Shown here piece after piece: positions 26,531 through 37,082 of a DNA stretch of 64,000 bases (its first letter is position 1; the number at the start of each line of letters is the position of its first letter). The position numbers were made by a program, and so were the translations under genes. The DNA lies in NCBI GenBank assembly GCA_963707915.1, contig OY970178.1, forward strand, positions 512,001 through 576,000, given 5' to 3'. The notes below the pieces were generated by a model. The model did not search any database. It saw nothing but the letters and a program-made list of their open reading frames with translations, and was not told the DNA's origin. Origin of the DNA: Candidatus Eiseniibacteriota bacterium (GTDB lineage Bacteria > Eisenbacteria > RBG-16-71-46).

Positions 26531-27184
26531 ATGGCGGCCAAGAAGCGTTCCATCGTCCGCGAGTACGTCGAGGCAGCGCTCTGGGCGCTGGTCCTCACGT
26601 TCGTGCTGCGCGCCTTCGTCATCCAGGCGTTCCGCATCCCGTCCGAGTCCATGGTCCCCACGCTGCTCAAGGGGGACTTCCTGTTCGTGAACAAGTTCCA
26701 GTACGGGCCGAAGATCCCCTTCACCCACGTCCGCCTGCCCGGGCTGCGGGGCCCCCGCACCGGGGACATCATCGTCTTCCAGTTCCCGGCCAACCCGAGC
26801 CTGGACTACATCAAGCGCTGCATCGCGACCGGCGGCCAGACCGTGGAGGTGCGGAACAAGGTGGTTTACGTGGACGGCGTGCCGTCGCTCGCGGCGGATC
26901 GCTACGCCTACCACATGGACGCGGGCATCTCCTGCGGCGGACAGGTCGGGCCCTTCCCGGAGGACGTCGAACTGCAGACCTGCCGCGACAACTTCGGCCC
27001 GTTCCGGGTGCCGCCCGGCCGCCTGTTCATGATGGGCGACAACCGCGAGAACTCGAACGACAGCCGCTTCTGGGGCACCGTGCCGATGGACTACGTGAAG
27101 GGCCGCGCCATGTTCATCTACTGGTCCTGGGACGGCACGCGCTTCATGCCGCGCTGGGAGCGCCTGCTCCGCATCCTGCACTAG
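26531..27184 (+). CDS. lepB: Signal peptidase I
   Basis: FRIPSESMVPTL..GD, YIKRCI, MGDNRENSNDSRFWG. Confidence 0.96.
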   Translation: MAAKKRSIVREYVEAALWALVLTFVLRAFVIQAFRIPSESMVPTLLKGDFLFVNKFQYGPKIPFTHVRLPGLRGPRTGDIIVFQFPANPSLDYIKRCIATGGQTVEVRNKVVYVDGVPSLAADRYAYHMDAGISCGGQVGPFPEDVELQTCRDNFGPFRVPPGRLFMMGDNRENSNDSRFWGTVPMDYVKGRAMFIYWSWDGTRFMPRWERLLRILH

Positions 27185-27196
27185 GCGGGACGGCCC

Positions 27197-28480
27197 ATGC
27201 CGCGCGGCATCGAGGGCCCCGGCGCGGCCGCGCGGGAAGCGGCGCGTGCGGGGCTCTACGTCCACGTGCCGTTCTGTGCGGCGCGTTGCGCCTACTGCGA
27301 CTTCTCGAGCGGCACGTTCTCGGACGCCTCCGCCCAGCGCTGGCTCTCGGCCCTGGAGCGCGAGATCGGGCTGCGGGCGCCGCCGGCCGCGGGGCTGGTG
27401 TTCAGTTCCGTGTTCCTCGGCGGCGGGACGCCCTCGACGCTCTCGCCGGAGCACGTCGGACGGCTCTTCCGCTCGTTGCGCGGCGGCTTCGCGCTGGCGC
27501 CGGACGCCGAGGTCACGCTCGAGGCGAACCCGGAGTCGGTGGACGAGCGCCGGCTCGCCGCCTGGCGGGCGGCCGGCGTGAACCGGCTCTCGGTCGGGGC
27601 GCAGAGCTTCCACGCCGACGAGCTGGCGCGGCTCGGGCGCATCCATCCGGCCGGGCGGCCGGCCGAGGCCTTCGCGCTCGCCCGGGCGCACGGCCTGCGG
27701 AGGCTCTCGCTCGACCTGATGTTCGGCTTCCCGGGCCACACCATCGAACGCTGGGAAGGGAGCCTCGAGCGGGCGCTCGAACTGGAGCCCGAGCACCTGT
27801 CCGCCTACGCGCTATCGCCGGAGCCGGGCACGCGGCTCGGCGACGCCGTCCTGGGCGGGGCGGCCCCGGTGCCGCCGGACTCGCAGCTGGCCGAGTCCTA
27901 CGAGCGGTTCCTGGAGCGCGCCGCCGGCGCGGGCCTGGGGAGCTACGAGACGTCGAACGCGTGCCGCCCGGGTGCGGAGGCCCGGCACAACCTGGTCTAC
28001 TGGCTCCGTCGGCCCTACGTCGGGCTCGGGCCGTCGGCCCACGGCCTGCTGGGGGGCGCGCGCTACGGGAACCTCCGTGACCTCGAAGCGTGGGCGGCAG
28101 CGCTCGAGTCGGGTGGCGCGCCCGAGGCGGAGCGCGAGGTCGAGAGCACGGCGGCGGCGGCGCGCGAGGTGCTCCTGCTGGGGCTGCGGCTCACGACCGG
28201 GGTGCACCGGGGCGACTACCCGGCGGGGCTCTGGGATGCGGTGTCGCGGCGCTACGGGGCGGCGCTGGAAGAGGCCGCTTCGACCGGGCGGCTGCTCGCC
28301 AGCGCGGATGGCTTCGCCATCCCGCCTGCGCTGCGCTACCTCGCCGACGACCTGCTCGCCTGGATCGAGGCGCGCGCCGAGGCGCACGGATTTGACAGTG
28401 ACTCCGCGCACTCCGTACCTTCGCCCTCATGTCCAACCCCGCCGTCATCGGCAACCGGAGCGTCTCCGACCCGGACCTGA
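27197..28480 (+). CDS. hemW: Radical SAM heme chaperone HemW (HemN-like)
   Basis: LYVHVPFCAARCAYCDF, GGGTPS, EANP, HNLVYW. Confidence 0.9.
   Translation: MPRGIEGPGAAAREAARAGLYVHVPFCAARCAYCDFSSGTFSDASAQRWLSALEREIGLRAPPAAGLVFSSVFLGGGTPSTLSPEHVGRLFRSLRGGFALAPDAEVTLEANPESVDERRLAAWRAAGVNRLSVGAQSFHADELARLGRIHPAGRPAEAFALARAHGLRRLSLDLMFGFPGHTIERWEGSLERALELEPEHLSAYALSPEPGTRLGDAVLGGAAPVPPDSQLAESYERFLERAAGAGLGSYETSNACRPGAEARHNLVYWLRRPYVGLGPSAHGLLGGARYGNLRDLEAWAAALESGGAPEAEREVESTAAAAREVLLLGLRLTTGVHRGDYPAGLWDAVSRRYGAALEEAASTGRLLASADGFAIPPALRYLADDLLAWIEARAEAHGFDSDSAHSVPSPSCPTPPSSATGASPTRT
28392..28421 (+). promoter_or_regulatory. Putative sigma70 promoter of hrcA, inside the hemW 3' end
   Basis: TTGACA-N18-TACCTT, 7 nt before the hrcA ATG. 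Confidence 0.55.
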
Positions 28481-29469
28481 GCGCCCGCCTGTGCGAGGTG
28501 TTCTCGGCGCTGGTCCAGGTCCACCGCGAGACCGCCCACCCGGTCGGGGCCGAGACCCTGGCCCACCGGGCGCGCATCCGGCTCTCGCCGGCCAGCATCC
28601 GCAACGCGCTGGCGGAGCTGGAGCTGCTGGGGCTGCTCGAGCAGCGCCACGCCTCCGCCGGCCGCGTGCCGACCTCGCGCGGGGTGGACCTGTACGTGCG
28701 CACGCTGCTGGCGCCCGCGTTGCTCCCGCCCGAGATGGTCGCGGAGATCGAGCGCACGCTGTCGCGGTCGACCCGCGACATCCAGGACCTGCTCAGCGAG
28801 GCGTCGCGGCTGCTCTCGACGCTGACGCACCAGCTGGGGCTCGCCGTGGCGGAGCTGCTGGACGACGAGCCGGTGCTCGAGCTCGAGCTGGCCCCGCTGG
28901 ACCCGCGCCGCAGCCTGATGGTGCTGAACCTCGGGGCCGGCAACGTGCGCACGCTGGTGCTCGAGCTGGAAGGCCCGCTGCAGCGCGAGGAGCTCCAGGA
29001 GGTGGCCGACGTCCTGCGCGAGCGCCTGTCGGGGCGGCCGCTCTCCGAGGTGCGCGAGCGCCTCGCCACCGACGCCGACCTGGCGCGGTACTCGGCGGTG
29101 CGGGTCGTGGCGCGTGCGGCGATGGCGGGCTGGAGCCGCCCGGTCTCCACGCCGTTGTTCTCTTCGGGCGCCATGCACATCGCCGAGTTGCCGGAGTTCG
29201 CGGACGCTGCGCGGCTGGGCTCGGTGCTGCGCTCGGTCGAGTCGGGCTCCCCGCTCGACCGGCTGATGGTGAGGAACGTCGAGGGCCAGGTGGCCGTGCG
29301 GGCCGGGGTGGACGAGGACCGTGCGTTGCTGGGCTGCAGCCTGGTGAGCTACTCGCTGCCGGGCTCCGTGCGCGGGGCGGTGGGCGTGCTGGGGCCGTTG
29401 CGCATGGACTACGCGCGCACGCTCGCCGTGGTGGACGCGGTCGGCAGCCGGGTGGCGGACCTGCTGTGA
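28429..29469 (+). CDS. hrcA: Heat-inducible transcription repressor HrcA
   Basis: PVGAETL, SPASIRNALAELE..GLLEQRHASAGRVPT, GVLGPLRMDY. Confidence 0.95.
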   Translation: MSNPAVIGNRSVSDPDLSARLCEVFSALVQVHRETAHPVGAETLAHRARIRLSPASIRNALAELELLGLLEQRHASAGRVPTSRGVDLYVRTLLAPALLPPEMVAEIERTLSRSTRDIQDLLSEASRLLSTLTHQLGLAVAELLDDEPVLELELAPLDPRRSLMVLNLGAGNVRTLVLELEGPLQREELQEVADVLRERLSGRPLSEVRERLATDADLARYSAVRVVARAAMAGWSRPVSTPLFSSGAMHIAELPEFADAARLGSVLRSVESGSPLDRLMVRNVEGQVAVRAGVDEDRALLGCSLVSYSLPGSVRGAVGVLGPLRMDYARTLAVVDAVGSRVADLL

Positions 29470-29500
29470 CGCCAGGCCGCCGGCACGGGAGACCCAGGCC

Positions 29501-30112
29501 GTGAGCGAGCACCGCAAGGGCAGACACGCCCGGCCGCCGGGCGAGCCGGCGGACGGGCACGCCGCGGGCCCCACGCCCGACGTCACCGCCCCGGTCCCGG
29601 AAGGTGAGACTGCCGGCGGGATGCGCCCGGCGGAGGCGGCGGGCGCCGGACCGAGCGAGGCCACGGAGGATGCCGCGGTCCTGAAGGACCGCTGGCTGCG
29701 CGCGGAGGCCGAGCTGCAGAACTTCCGCCGGCGCGCGGCGCACGACCGCGAGGAGAGCCGCCGCAACGCCGAGGAGAGCGTGATGCTCGAGATCGTCGCG
29801 GCGCTCGACGACCTCGACCGCGCGCTGACGACGGTGCCCGAGTCGGGCTCGCAGGAGGCGTGGGCCGAGGGAGTGCGGATGGTGGGGAGGCGACTGGTCG
29901 AGTACCTCGGGCGCCAGGGTGTGACGCCCGTGGACCCGGTGGGCCAGCCCTTCGACCCGGCCTTCCACGAGGCCGTGCTCGAGATGCCGGTCGCCGACGT
30001 GCCGCCCGGGCAGGTGACGCAGGTCCTGGTGAGGGGCTGGCGGCGCGGGAAGCGGACCTTGCGCGCGGCGCGCGTGGTGCTGGCGCGGGCGGCGGACGAG
30101 GCATCCGGATGA
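29501..30112 (+). CDS. grpE: Nucleotide exchange factor GrpE
   Basis: [37 protein letters not shown]. Confidence 0.95.
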   Translation: MSEHRKGRHARPPGEPADGHAAGPTPDVTAPVPEGETAGGMRPAEAAGAGPSEATEDAAVLKDRWLRAEAELQNFRRRAAHDREESRRNAEESVMLEIVAALDDLDRALTTVPESGSQEAWAEGVRMVGRRLVEYLGRQGVTPVDPVGQPFDPAFHEAVLEMPVADVPPGQVTQVLVRGWRRGKRTLRAARVVLARAADEASG

Positions 30113-31254
30113 CCCGGCGCGACTACTACGAGGTGCTGGGGATCCCGCGCGGGGCGAGCGAGGACGACGTCAAGAAGGCCTATCGGAAGATCGCCTTCGA
30201 GAGTCATCCCGACCGCAACCCGGGCGACAAGGAGGCCGAGCGGCGCTTCAAGGAGGCCACCGAGGCGTACGAGGTGCTGCGCGACGCCGACAAGCGCGCG
30301 CACTTCGACCGGTTCGGACACGCGGCCCCCGCCGGTGCCGGGCCGCAGGGCTTCGACGTCAGCGGCTTCGACCTGGCCGATGCGCTGCGCGCCTTCATGA
30401 ACGAGTTCGGCGGCGACATGGGCGGCCTCGGGGACCTGTTCGGCGGGGGCGCGGGGCGCGGCGGCGGGCGCCTGCGGCGGGGCGACGACCTCCAGGTCCG
30501 GGTGCGGTTGACGCTCGAGGAGGTCGCCACCGGGGTCGAGAAGAAGATCCGGGTGAAGCACCTGCGCTCGTGCGCGGCCTGCCAGGGCCGCGGCGGGACC
30601 GGCGAGGGCGCCTGCCCGCAATGCCAGGGCCGCGGCCAGGTCCGGCGCGTGCAGCAGTCCATCTTCGGGCAGTTCGTGAACGTCTCCACCTGCCCGCAAT
30701 GCGGGGGCGCGGGCCAGGTGGTGCGCGAACGGTGCCGCGAGTGCAAGGGCGAGGGCCGTGTGCCGGAGTCCGACACCATCGCCGTCAAGGTCCCGCGCGG
30801 GGTCGCGAGCGGCAACTTCATCCCGCTGCGGGGCATGGGCGACGCCGGTCCGCGGGGCGGCCCTGCGGGCGACCTCATCGTGCTCATCGAGGAGAAGCCG
30901 CACGCGGTCTTCGATCGCGACGGGGACGACCTCCATGTCGACCTGCCGATCGGCTTCGCGGTCGCGGTCATGGGCGGCAAGGTCGAGGCCCCGCTGGTGG
31001 ACGGCACCAAGGCGGCGGTGAACGTGGCGGCGGGCACGCCGACCGGCCACGTGCTGCGCCTGCGCGGCAAGGGGCTGCCGTCATTGCGCGGCGGGACCGG
31101 CGACCTCCTGGTCCGCCTGGTCGTGTGGGTCCCGGCGCGGGTGAACAGCGAGGATCGCCGCCTGCTCGAGCAGCTGGGGCGTTCCGAGGGCTTCAAGCCG
31201 CCCGCCCCCTCGCGGAGCCTCTTCGAGCGGGTCAAGGACACCCTTGGTGGCTGA
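30109..31254 (+). CDS. dnaJ: Chaperone DnaJ
   Basis: DYYEVLG, HPD, a G/F region and four CxxCxGxG repeats. Confidence 0.97.
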   Translation: MTRRDYYEVLGIPRGASEDDVKKAYRKIAFESHPDRNPGDKEAERRFKEATEAYEVLRDADKRAHFDRFGHAAPAGAGPQGFDVSGFDLADALRAFMNEFGGDMGGLGDLFGGGAGRGGGRLRRGDDLQVRVRLTLEEVATGVEKKIRVKHLRSCAACQGRGGTGEGACPQCQGRGQVRRVQQSIFGQFVNVSTCPQCGGAGQVVRERCRECKGEGRVPESDTIAVKVPRGVASGNFIPLRGMGDAGPRGGPAGDLIVLIEEKPHAVFDRDGDDLHVDLPIGFAVAVMGGKVEAPLVDGTKAAVNVAAGTPTGHVLRLRGKGLPSLRGGTGDLLVRLVVWVPARVNSEDRRLLEQLGRSEGFKPPAPSRSLFERVKDTLGG

Positions 31255-31954
31255 GGCCGCACCGGCCCTGCTCTACCTGCCCGGTCTCCCGGAGCCCGGG
31301 TCGCGCGTCGAACTCGAGGCCGCCGACGCCCACTACGTGGCGCGGGTCTGCCGGGCACGCGTAGGGGAGCGCGTGGAGGCCACCGATGGCCGGGGGGCAG
31401 GTGCGGTCCTGCGGCTGGTCGAGATCCGCCGCGGGGTGACCGTGGAGGTCGAGGCGGTCACGCGGCAGCCGGCCCCGCGGCAGTCGTGGGTGATGTGCGG
31501 TGCCCCCGAGGGCGAGCGGGCGGACTGGCTGGTGGAGAAGCTGGCGGAACTCGGGGTCGGACGCTTCCAGCCGGTGGACGCGGCGCGGGGGCGCTGGCGG
31601 GCCGGCCCGGGAAGGCAGGCGCGCTGGGAGCGCCTCGCCATCGCCGCACTGCGCCAGTCGAGGCGACTGCACCTCATGGCGGTAGGGGTGCCCATGCCCC
31701 TGCGGGAGGCGCTGGCTTCGGTCCCCCCGGGCAGTTCCGGCTGGCTCGCCGACCTGTCCGGGGTCGCCGGTCCGGCTTCGGCGGCCGGGGACCCGGCGGT
31801 CGGGCTGGTCGGGCCGTCCGGGGGACTGGATGACCTGGAGAGGGGCCTGGCGCTGTCCGCCGGTTTCCAGCCGGTGCGTCTGTCGGACGCCCGCCTCCGG
31901 ACGGAGACGGCCGCCCTGGCATGGGCTGCCTGGTGGGCCGCCCGGGGGGCCTGA
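31244..31954 (+). CDS. rsmE: 16S rRNA m3U1498 methyltransferase RsmE
   Basis: [30 protein letters not shown]. Confidence 0.88.
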   Translation: MVAEAAPALLYLPGLPEPGSRVELEAADAHYVARVCRARVGERVEATDGRGAGAVLRLVEIRRGVTVEVEAVTRQPAPRQSWVMCGAPEGERADWLVEKLAELGVGRFQPVDAARGRWRAGPGRQARWERLAIAALRQSRRLHLMAVGVPMPLREALASVPPGSSGWLADLSGVAGPASAAGDPAVGLVGPSGGLDDLERGLALSAGFQPVRLSDARLRTETAALAWAAWWAARGA

Positions 31955-31976
31955 AGGTCCTCCAGCCCGGCCCGGC

Positions 31977-32005
31977 TTGACGCTTGGTGCCAGCGGCCAT
32001 AGACT
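31977..32005 (+). promoter_or_regulatory. Putative sigma70 promoter of the rpsU operon
   Basis: TTGACG-N17-TAGACT. Confidence 0.65.
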
Positions 32006-32104
32006 CCACATGCTCGTTCACGCCCAGGTCGTTCCCCGAGGGGCGTCCTCAAGGCAGTTCAATCATGAATATATTTCGCGACTGGGCGGAGAGGGGGGGA
32101 TTGA

Positions 32105-32299
32105 TTGCCCGGAATCAGGGTGAAGGACGGCGAGTCCTTCGAGAGTGCCCTGCGTCGATTCAAGAAGAAGTGTGAGAAGGCTGGGATCTTGGCTGACCTG
32201 CGCCGTCATCAGCACTTCGAGAAGCCGAGTGAGCGGCGCAAGCGCAAGCTGAACGCGGCCAGGCGCAAGAACCTGGCTCGACGTCAGCAGGAGATCTGA
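32105..32299 (+). CDS. rpsU: 30S ribosomal protein S21
   Basis: TTG start. [23 protein letters not shown]. Confidence 0.96.
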   Translation: MPGIRVKDGESFESALRRFKKKCEKAGILADLRRHQHFEKPSERRKRKLNAARRKNLARRQQEI

Positions 32300-32877
32300 A
32301 GAGCCTGAACCTCTGGCATGGGTTCACCGCGCTGGACTGGGGCATCCTCGGTCTGGTCGTGGTGTTTATGGTTCGAGGTGTCATCCGCGGGTCGGTACGG
32401 CAGGTGTTCGGCCTGCTGGGCGTGCTGATCGGCCTCTGGGTGGCCGTATGGGTTTCACGGTGGGTCGGAGCGCAGTGGCCTGGCGCCCGACCCGCCTTGG
32501 TCTATTGGCTTCTGCGGTGGCTGGTGGCAGCCGTCGCGGGGCTGGCGGTGGCTTCCATCTTCCATTGGTGGGGAAGCCTGCTCGGCAAGGCCGCACAGGC
32601 CGGGCCGGCGGGTTGGCTGGATCGCGTCCTTGGCGTCGCGCTGGGGGCGTTGATCGGCATGATGTGGGTGGTCGCGCTGGTGACGCTCGCGTTGTTCGCT
32701 CCTCGGCTGACCGGGGCGCGGACCGCGGTGACACGGGCGGTGACGGCCCACGCGCTGGTGAGCACGGGTGCGCGTGCGTGCGATGCGATCGAGCCGCGGG
32801 TGCCCATGCTCCACGGGTTGGGGCGTCTGCTCCACGAGGCAGAACGCCGCGCCCGGGCGCAATCCCGAGGTTCGTGA
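32296..32877 (+). CDS. cvpA: CvpA (colicin V production) family membrane protein
   Basis: ALDWGIL....RGVIRG and [11 protein letters not shown]. The start is probably CTG 32296 (or 32305), upstream of the first canonical start at 32359. Confidence 0.8.
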   Translation: MKSLNLWHGFTALDWGILGLVVVFMVRGVIRGSVRQVFGLLGVLIGLWVAVWVSRWVGAQWPGARPALVYWLLRWLVAAVAGLAVASIFHWWGSLLGKAAQAGPAGWLDRVLGVALGALIGMMWVVALVTLALFAPRLTGARTAVTRAVTAHALVSTGARACDAIEPRVPMLHGLGRLLHEAERRARAQSRGS

Positions 32878-32923
32878 CATCCAAGTGCGAGCGCGGGAGG
32901 GCACCCGCGCCGAGGGGGGCGGC

Positions 32924-35284
32924 GTGGACGATCATTCCCTGCGACTCCTCGAATACGATCGCGTGACCGCCGCGATCGCGGCGCGCACGGCCGGGAACGG
33001 TGCCCGCGCGCGCCTGCTGGCCTGGCGCCCGTGGACCGACCCCGCGGAGCGGGCGCGCGAGAACGCGCTGCTCGACGCGGCGATCCGCCGCCAGCACGAG
33101 CCCGGCCCGTGGTGCCGGGTGGGCGCGGAAGACCTCGCGACGCGACTGGCGCCCGACGCGCGCGAGGCCCTCGACGGGCCCGGCCTGGTCGAGGTGCTCG
33201 GCTGGATCGAGGCGGCGCGCGAGACCCGCGGACTCTGGTCCGATGCGGGGGTGCGCGCGCGTTACGCCGGGCTGGCCGAACTCGTGGACGCGCTGCCCGA
33301 GTTGGAACTCCTGCGGCGCCGGCTGGCCGCCTCGCTCGAGCCGGACGGGCGCGTGGCGGACGGTGCCTCTGCCGACCTCGCCCGGCTGCGGCGCGGGCTC
33401 GAGCAGGGCGAACGCGGGGTCCAGCAGCGCCTCGAGCGCTGGGCGCACGGCTTCGGGGAATCGGCCTACGTGACCCGGCACGACGAGCGCTTCGTGGCGC
33501 TGGTGCCCGCGGCGGGCTTCCCGCGGCGGCGCGGCATCGTGCACGACGTCTCCGGCTCCGGGCACTCGCTGTTCGTCGAGCCGATCGAGTTGTGCGAGGC
33601 CAACAACGAGGTCATCGAGCTGCGCGCCGGGGTCGCGGAGGAGGAGCGCCGCATCCTCGTCGAGCTCGCCGCTGCGGTCCGGCAGGCGGGGCCGGAGCTC
33701 GAGGCCCTCGAGCAGGGGCTCGTCCGGCTCGACGGCCTGCACGCCCGCGCCCGCTGGGCGGCGGAGTTCGGCGCGATCGCCGTGGAGCCCGGCGGGGAGC
33801 GGCTCGCGCTGCGCGCCGCCCGGCACCCGTTGCTGGCGATGGGCGAGGGGCGCTCCGCCATCGTTCCGCTCGACCTCGAGCTCACCGCGCCGGGCCGCAT
33901 CCTGCTGGTCAGCGGGCCCAACATGGGGGGCAAGACGGTGCTCCTCAAGACCGTGGGGCTGGCCGTGGCGCTGGCGCACTCGGCGCTGCCGGTCCCGGCG
34001 GCCGAGGGCAGCGCGGTGCCGGTGATGGACACGATCGTGGCCGACCTCGGTGACGAGCAATCGGTGGACGAGGGGCTCTCGACCTTTGCGGGCCACTTGC
34101 GCGCCCTGGGGTGGATGGCGGAGCGCGCGGGCCCGCGTTGCCTGGTGCTGTGCGACGAGCTCGGGGCGGGGACGGACCCGGAGGAGGGCGCCTCGCTGGG
34201 CCGTGCGCTGCTCGAGCACTTCGCGGCGCGCGGCGCCTGGGGGGTCGTGACCACGCATCTCGGGAGCCTCAAGCGCGCGGCCGGCGAGGTGCCGGAGGTG
34301 GTGAACGGCTCGCTCGACTTCGACCTCGCGACCATGGCCCCCCGGTACCGCTTCCTCGCGGGGATCCCGGGTGCGAGCCACGCACTGGCGGTGGCCGAGC
34401 GGCTGGGGTTCCCGCCGGCGCTGGTGGCGCGTGCCCGCTCGCTGGCCCCGGCGGAAGCCGTGGCGCTCGAGCGGCTGCTGGCGGAGCTGCAGGAGACCCG
34501 GGCGCGGCTCGAGGACGAGCGCGCCCGCCTGGCGCAGTCCGAGGCGGACGCGCAGGCGGCCGCGGCGGAAGGCCGGGCGGCGGCCGAGGGGGCGCGGCGC
34601 GCGCTGGAGGAGTTGCGCCGGCGGCTGACGCGCGAGAGCGAGGCGGTGCTGGCGCGCGCGCGGGAACTGTGGCAGACGGTGCGGCGCGAGGCGCGGAGCG
34701 CGGAGCGGAGCCGCAACGGGGCCGAGCGCATCGGCGCGGAGATCGTGGCGGTGGAGGGCCAGGTGGAGGCGCTGCTGCGCACGGCCGACGAGGCGCTGGG
34801 CACGCCGCCGCCGGCCGGGGTGACCGGCCCGCTGGAGGCCGGGCGCCGGGTGCGGGTGCGGAACCTGGACGTCGAGGCCGAGGTGGTGAGCGGCCCCGAC
34901 GGCGAGGGGCGCGTGCGGCTGCGTCGCGGCAGCTGGAACATCCAAAGCCACGTGGGCCAGCTGGAGCCGGTCCGCCCGGCGGCGTCCGGAGCGGCCTCGG
35001 CGCCGGGCCCGCGGGCGTCGTGGAACGTTCCCGAGGACGCGCCGGGGATCGAGATCGACCTGCGCGGACTGGAGGCGGACGAGGCGCTGCGGAAGCTGGA
35101 CCAGGGGCTGGACCGCGCGGTCCTGAGCGGCTTCTCCGGGCTGAGGATCATCCACGGCGTGGGCCGGGGCGTGTTGCGCAACGTGGTGGAGCGCCACCTG
35201 CGCGGGCATCCGCAGGTCGCCTCGCAGCGGCTGGGTGGCGTCGGCGAAGGCGGCCGCGGGGTGACCGTGGTGGTGCTGCGATGA
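32924..35284 (+). CDS. mutS2: Endonuclease MutS2
   Basis: [41 protein letters not shown], and an Smr domain ([16 protein letters not shown]). Confidence 0.95.
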   Translation: MDDHSLRLLEYDRVTAAIAARTAGNGARARLLAWRPWTDPAERARENALLDAAIRRQHEPGPWCRVGAEDLATRLAPDAREALDGPGLVEVLGWIEAARETRGLWSDAGVRARYAGLAELVDALPELELLRRRLAASLEPDGRVADGASADLARLRRGLEQGERGVQQRLERWAHGFGESAYVTRHDERFVALVPAAGFPRRRGIVHDVSGSGHSLFVEPIELCEANNEVIELRAGVAEEERRILVELAAAVRQAGPELEALEQGLVRLDGLHARARWAAEFGAIAVEPGGERLALRAARHPLLAMGEGRSAIVPLDLELTAPGRILLVSGPNMGGKTVLLKTVGLAVALAHSALPVPAAEGSAVPVMDTIVADLGDEQSVDEGLSTFAGHLRALGWMAERAGPRCLVLCDELGAGTDPEEGASLGRALLEHFAARGAWGVVTTHLGSLKRAAGEVPEVVNGSLDFDLATMAPRYRFLAGIPGASHALAVAERLGFPPALVARARSLAPAEAVALERLLAELQETRARLEDERARLAQSEADAQAAAAEGRAAAEGARRALEELRRRLTRESEAVLARARELWQTVRREARSAERSRNGAERIGAEIVAVEGQVEALLRTADEALGTPPPAGVTGPLEAGRRVRVRNLDVEAEVVSGPDGEGRVRLRRGSWNIQSHVGQLEPVRPAASGAASAPGPRASWNVPEDAPGIEIDLRGLEADEALRKLDQGLDRAVLSGFSGLRIIHGVGRGVLRNVVERHLRGHPQVASQRLGGVGEGGRGVTVVVLR

Positions 35285-37066
35285 GGGACGACGTGCGGGG
35301 CGGCGCGGCGGTCCGCGGTCCGCGCGGGCTCGACGACTGGGTGGAGCGCGTGCGCGCGGCCAGCGACATCGTCGAGATCGTCGGGCAGACCGTGGCGTTG
35401 AAGCGCACCGGGCGGAACCTGGTCGGGCTCTGCCCGTTCCACAAGGAGAAGAGCGGCTCGTTCTCGGTGAACGCGGAGCGCCAGTTCTACCACTGCTTCG
35501 GCTGCAAGGCGGGGGGCGACGTCTTCCGGTTCGTGCAGGAGACGGAGAAGGTGGGCTTCATCGAGGCGGTCGAGATCCTGAGCCGGCGCGCGGGCATCGC
35601 GGTGCCCCCGCGCCACGGCGAGGCCGCCGGGGCCGCCGGCGGGCGCGGGCGGCTGAGCGAGGCGCTCGAGGCGGCCGCGCAGGCGTACGAGCAGTGGCTG
35701 GGGGATCCCGACGCGGGCGCGGCCACGCGGGCGTACCTCGAGCGGCGCGGCCTGACCCGGGACACGCAGCGCGCCTTCCGCCTCGGGCTCGCGCCCGCGG
35801 GCTGGGAGAACCTGGTCCAGCGCCTGCGCGGGCGCGTCGCGGACGACGTGCTGGTCGAGGCGGGCCTGGCGGCGCGCCGGGAGAGCGGCCGTGGCGGCCT
35901 CTACGACCGCTTCCGCAACCGGCTCATGGTGCCGCTGGTGGCACCCGGCGGCGCGGTGGTGGGATTCGGCGCGCGCGCCCTCTCGGACGCGGAGCAGCCG
36001 AAGTACCTCAACTCGCCGGAGACGCCGGTCTACCACAAGGGCGCCTTCCTGTTCGGCCTCGACCAGGCGCGGCGCAAGACCGACCGCGACGGGGAGATGA
36101 TCGTGGTCGAGGGCTACTTCGACGCCATCGCCCTCCACCAGGCCGGGCTGGGGAACACGGTGGCGACCTCGGGAACGGCGTTGACGCCGGACCAGGCGCG
36201 GCTGCTGAAGCGCGTGGTGCCGCGGATCGTGCTGACCTACGACGGCGATACCGCGGGCCAGGAGGCGATGATGCGCTCGCTCGGCGTGCTGCTGGCCGAG
36301 GGGCTCGACGTGGCGGTCGCGGACCTGCCCGCGGGCGAGGACCCGGACACGCTGGTGAAGCAGGGCGGGCTCGAGGCGTGGAGCGCGGTGCGCGCCCGCG
36401 CCGCCGACCCGGTCGAGTTCATCCAGCGGCACGTGCTGCGCGGCCACGCCGGCGGGCGCGATCCGCGCGAGCGCGCGCTCCAGGCCGTCGTCGACCTGGG
36501 CGTGAGGGTCCCGGACCCGATCCGGCGCCAGGCCCTGGTGGAGCGCGCCAGCCAGGTGTTCCGCCAGCCCGAGCGCGTGATCGCGCGGGCCATGGACCTG
36601 CGCCGCGCGGGGCAGCCGTCGGAGCGCCCGGTCGAGGCGGCGGTCCGGCAGCAGCGCGCCGGCGAGGTCCACGGCGAACGCCGGCTGCTCGAGGCGCTGC
36701 TGCACCGGCCCGAGAGCCTCGACCGAGGTCCGCGCGCTGGTCGCGCCGCAGGACTTCGGCGACCCGCTGTGCGCCGCGCTGGCGGAGTGGCTCTGGGCGG
36801 GACGCGCGGGCTTCCCGGCGGAGGACGAGGCCGCCGCGCTGGCGCGCGAGCTGGCCACGTCCGAGCCCGAGGACTGGGAGGCGCTCGCGCGGGGCGCGGC
36901 GCGGCGCCTGCTGCAGCACCGTCTCGCCCGCCAGCACCGCGAGAAACAGGAGGAGTTGCGCCGCGACCCCCACGGTCCGGGGGCGGCCCGGCTCCTGCAG
37001 GAGATCCAGCAGATCGCACTTTCCATCCGAGAGATCGACCTATCCGTACAAGGGCCCTCCCGTTGA
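35281..37066 (+). CDS. dnaG: DNA primase, with an apparent +1 frameshift near 36724 in the C-terminal domain
   Basis: CPFH..CFGC zinc finger, [32 protein letters not shown]. After 36724 the DnaG-like tail ([16 protein letters not shown]...) continues in the +1 frame to TGA 37064-37066. Confidence 0.93.
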
Positions 37067-37082
37067 GGAGAATCTGAATCCC

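Noticed and set aside
31955..32900. Lower-GC patch as a horizontally acquired island
   Set aside because: It contains only a promoter, rpsU and cvpA in a normal syntenic context.
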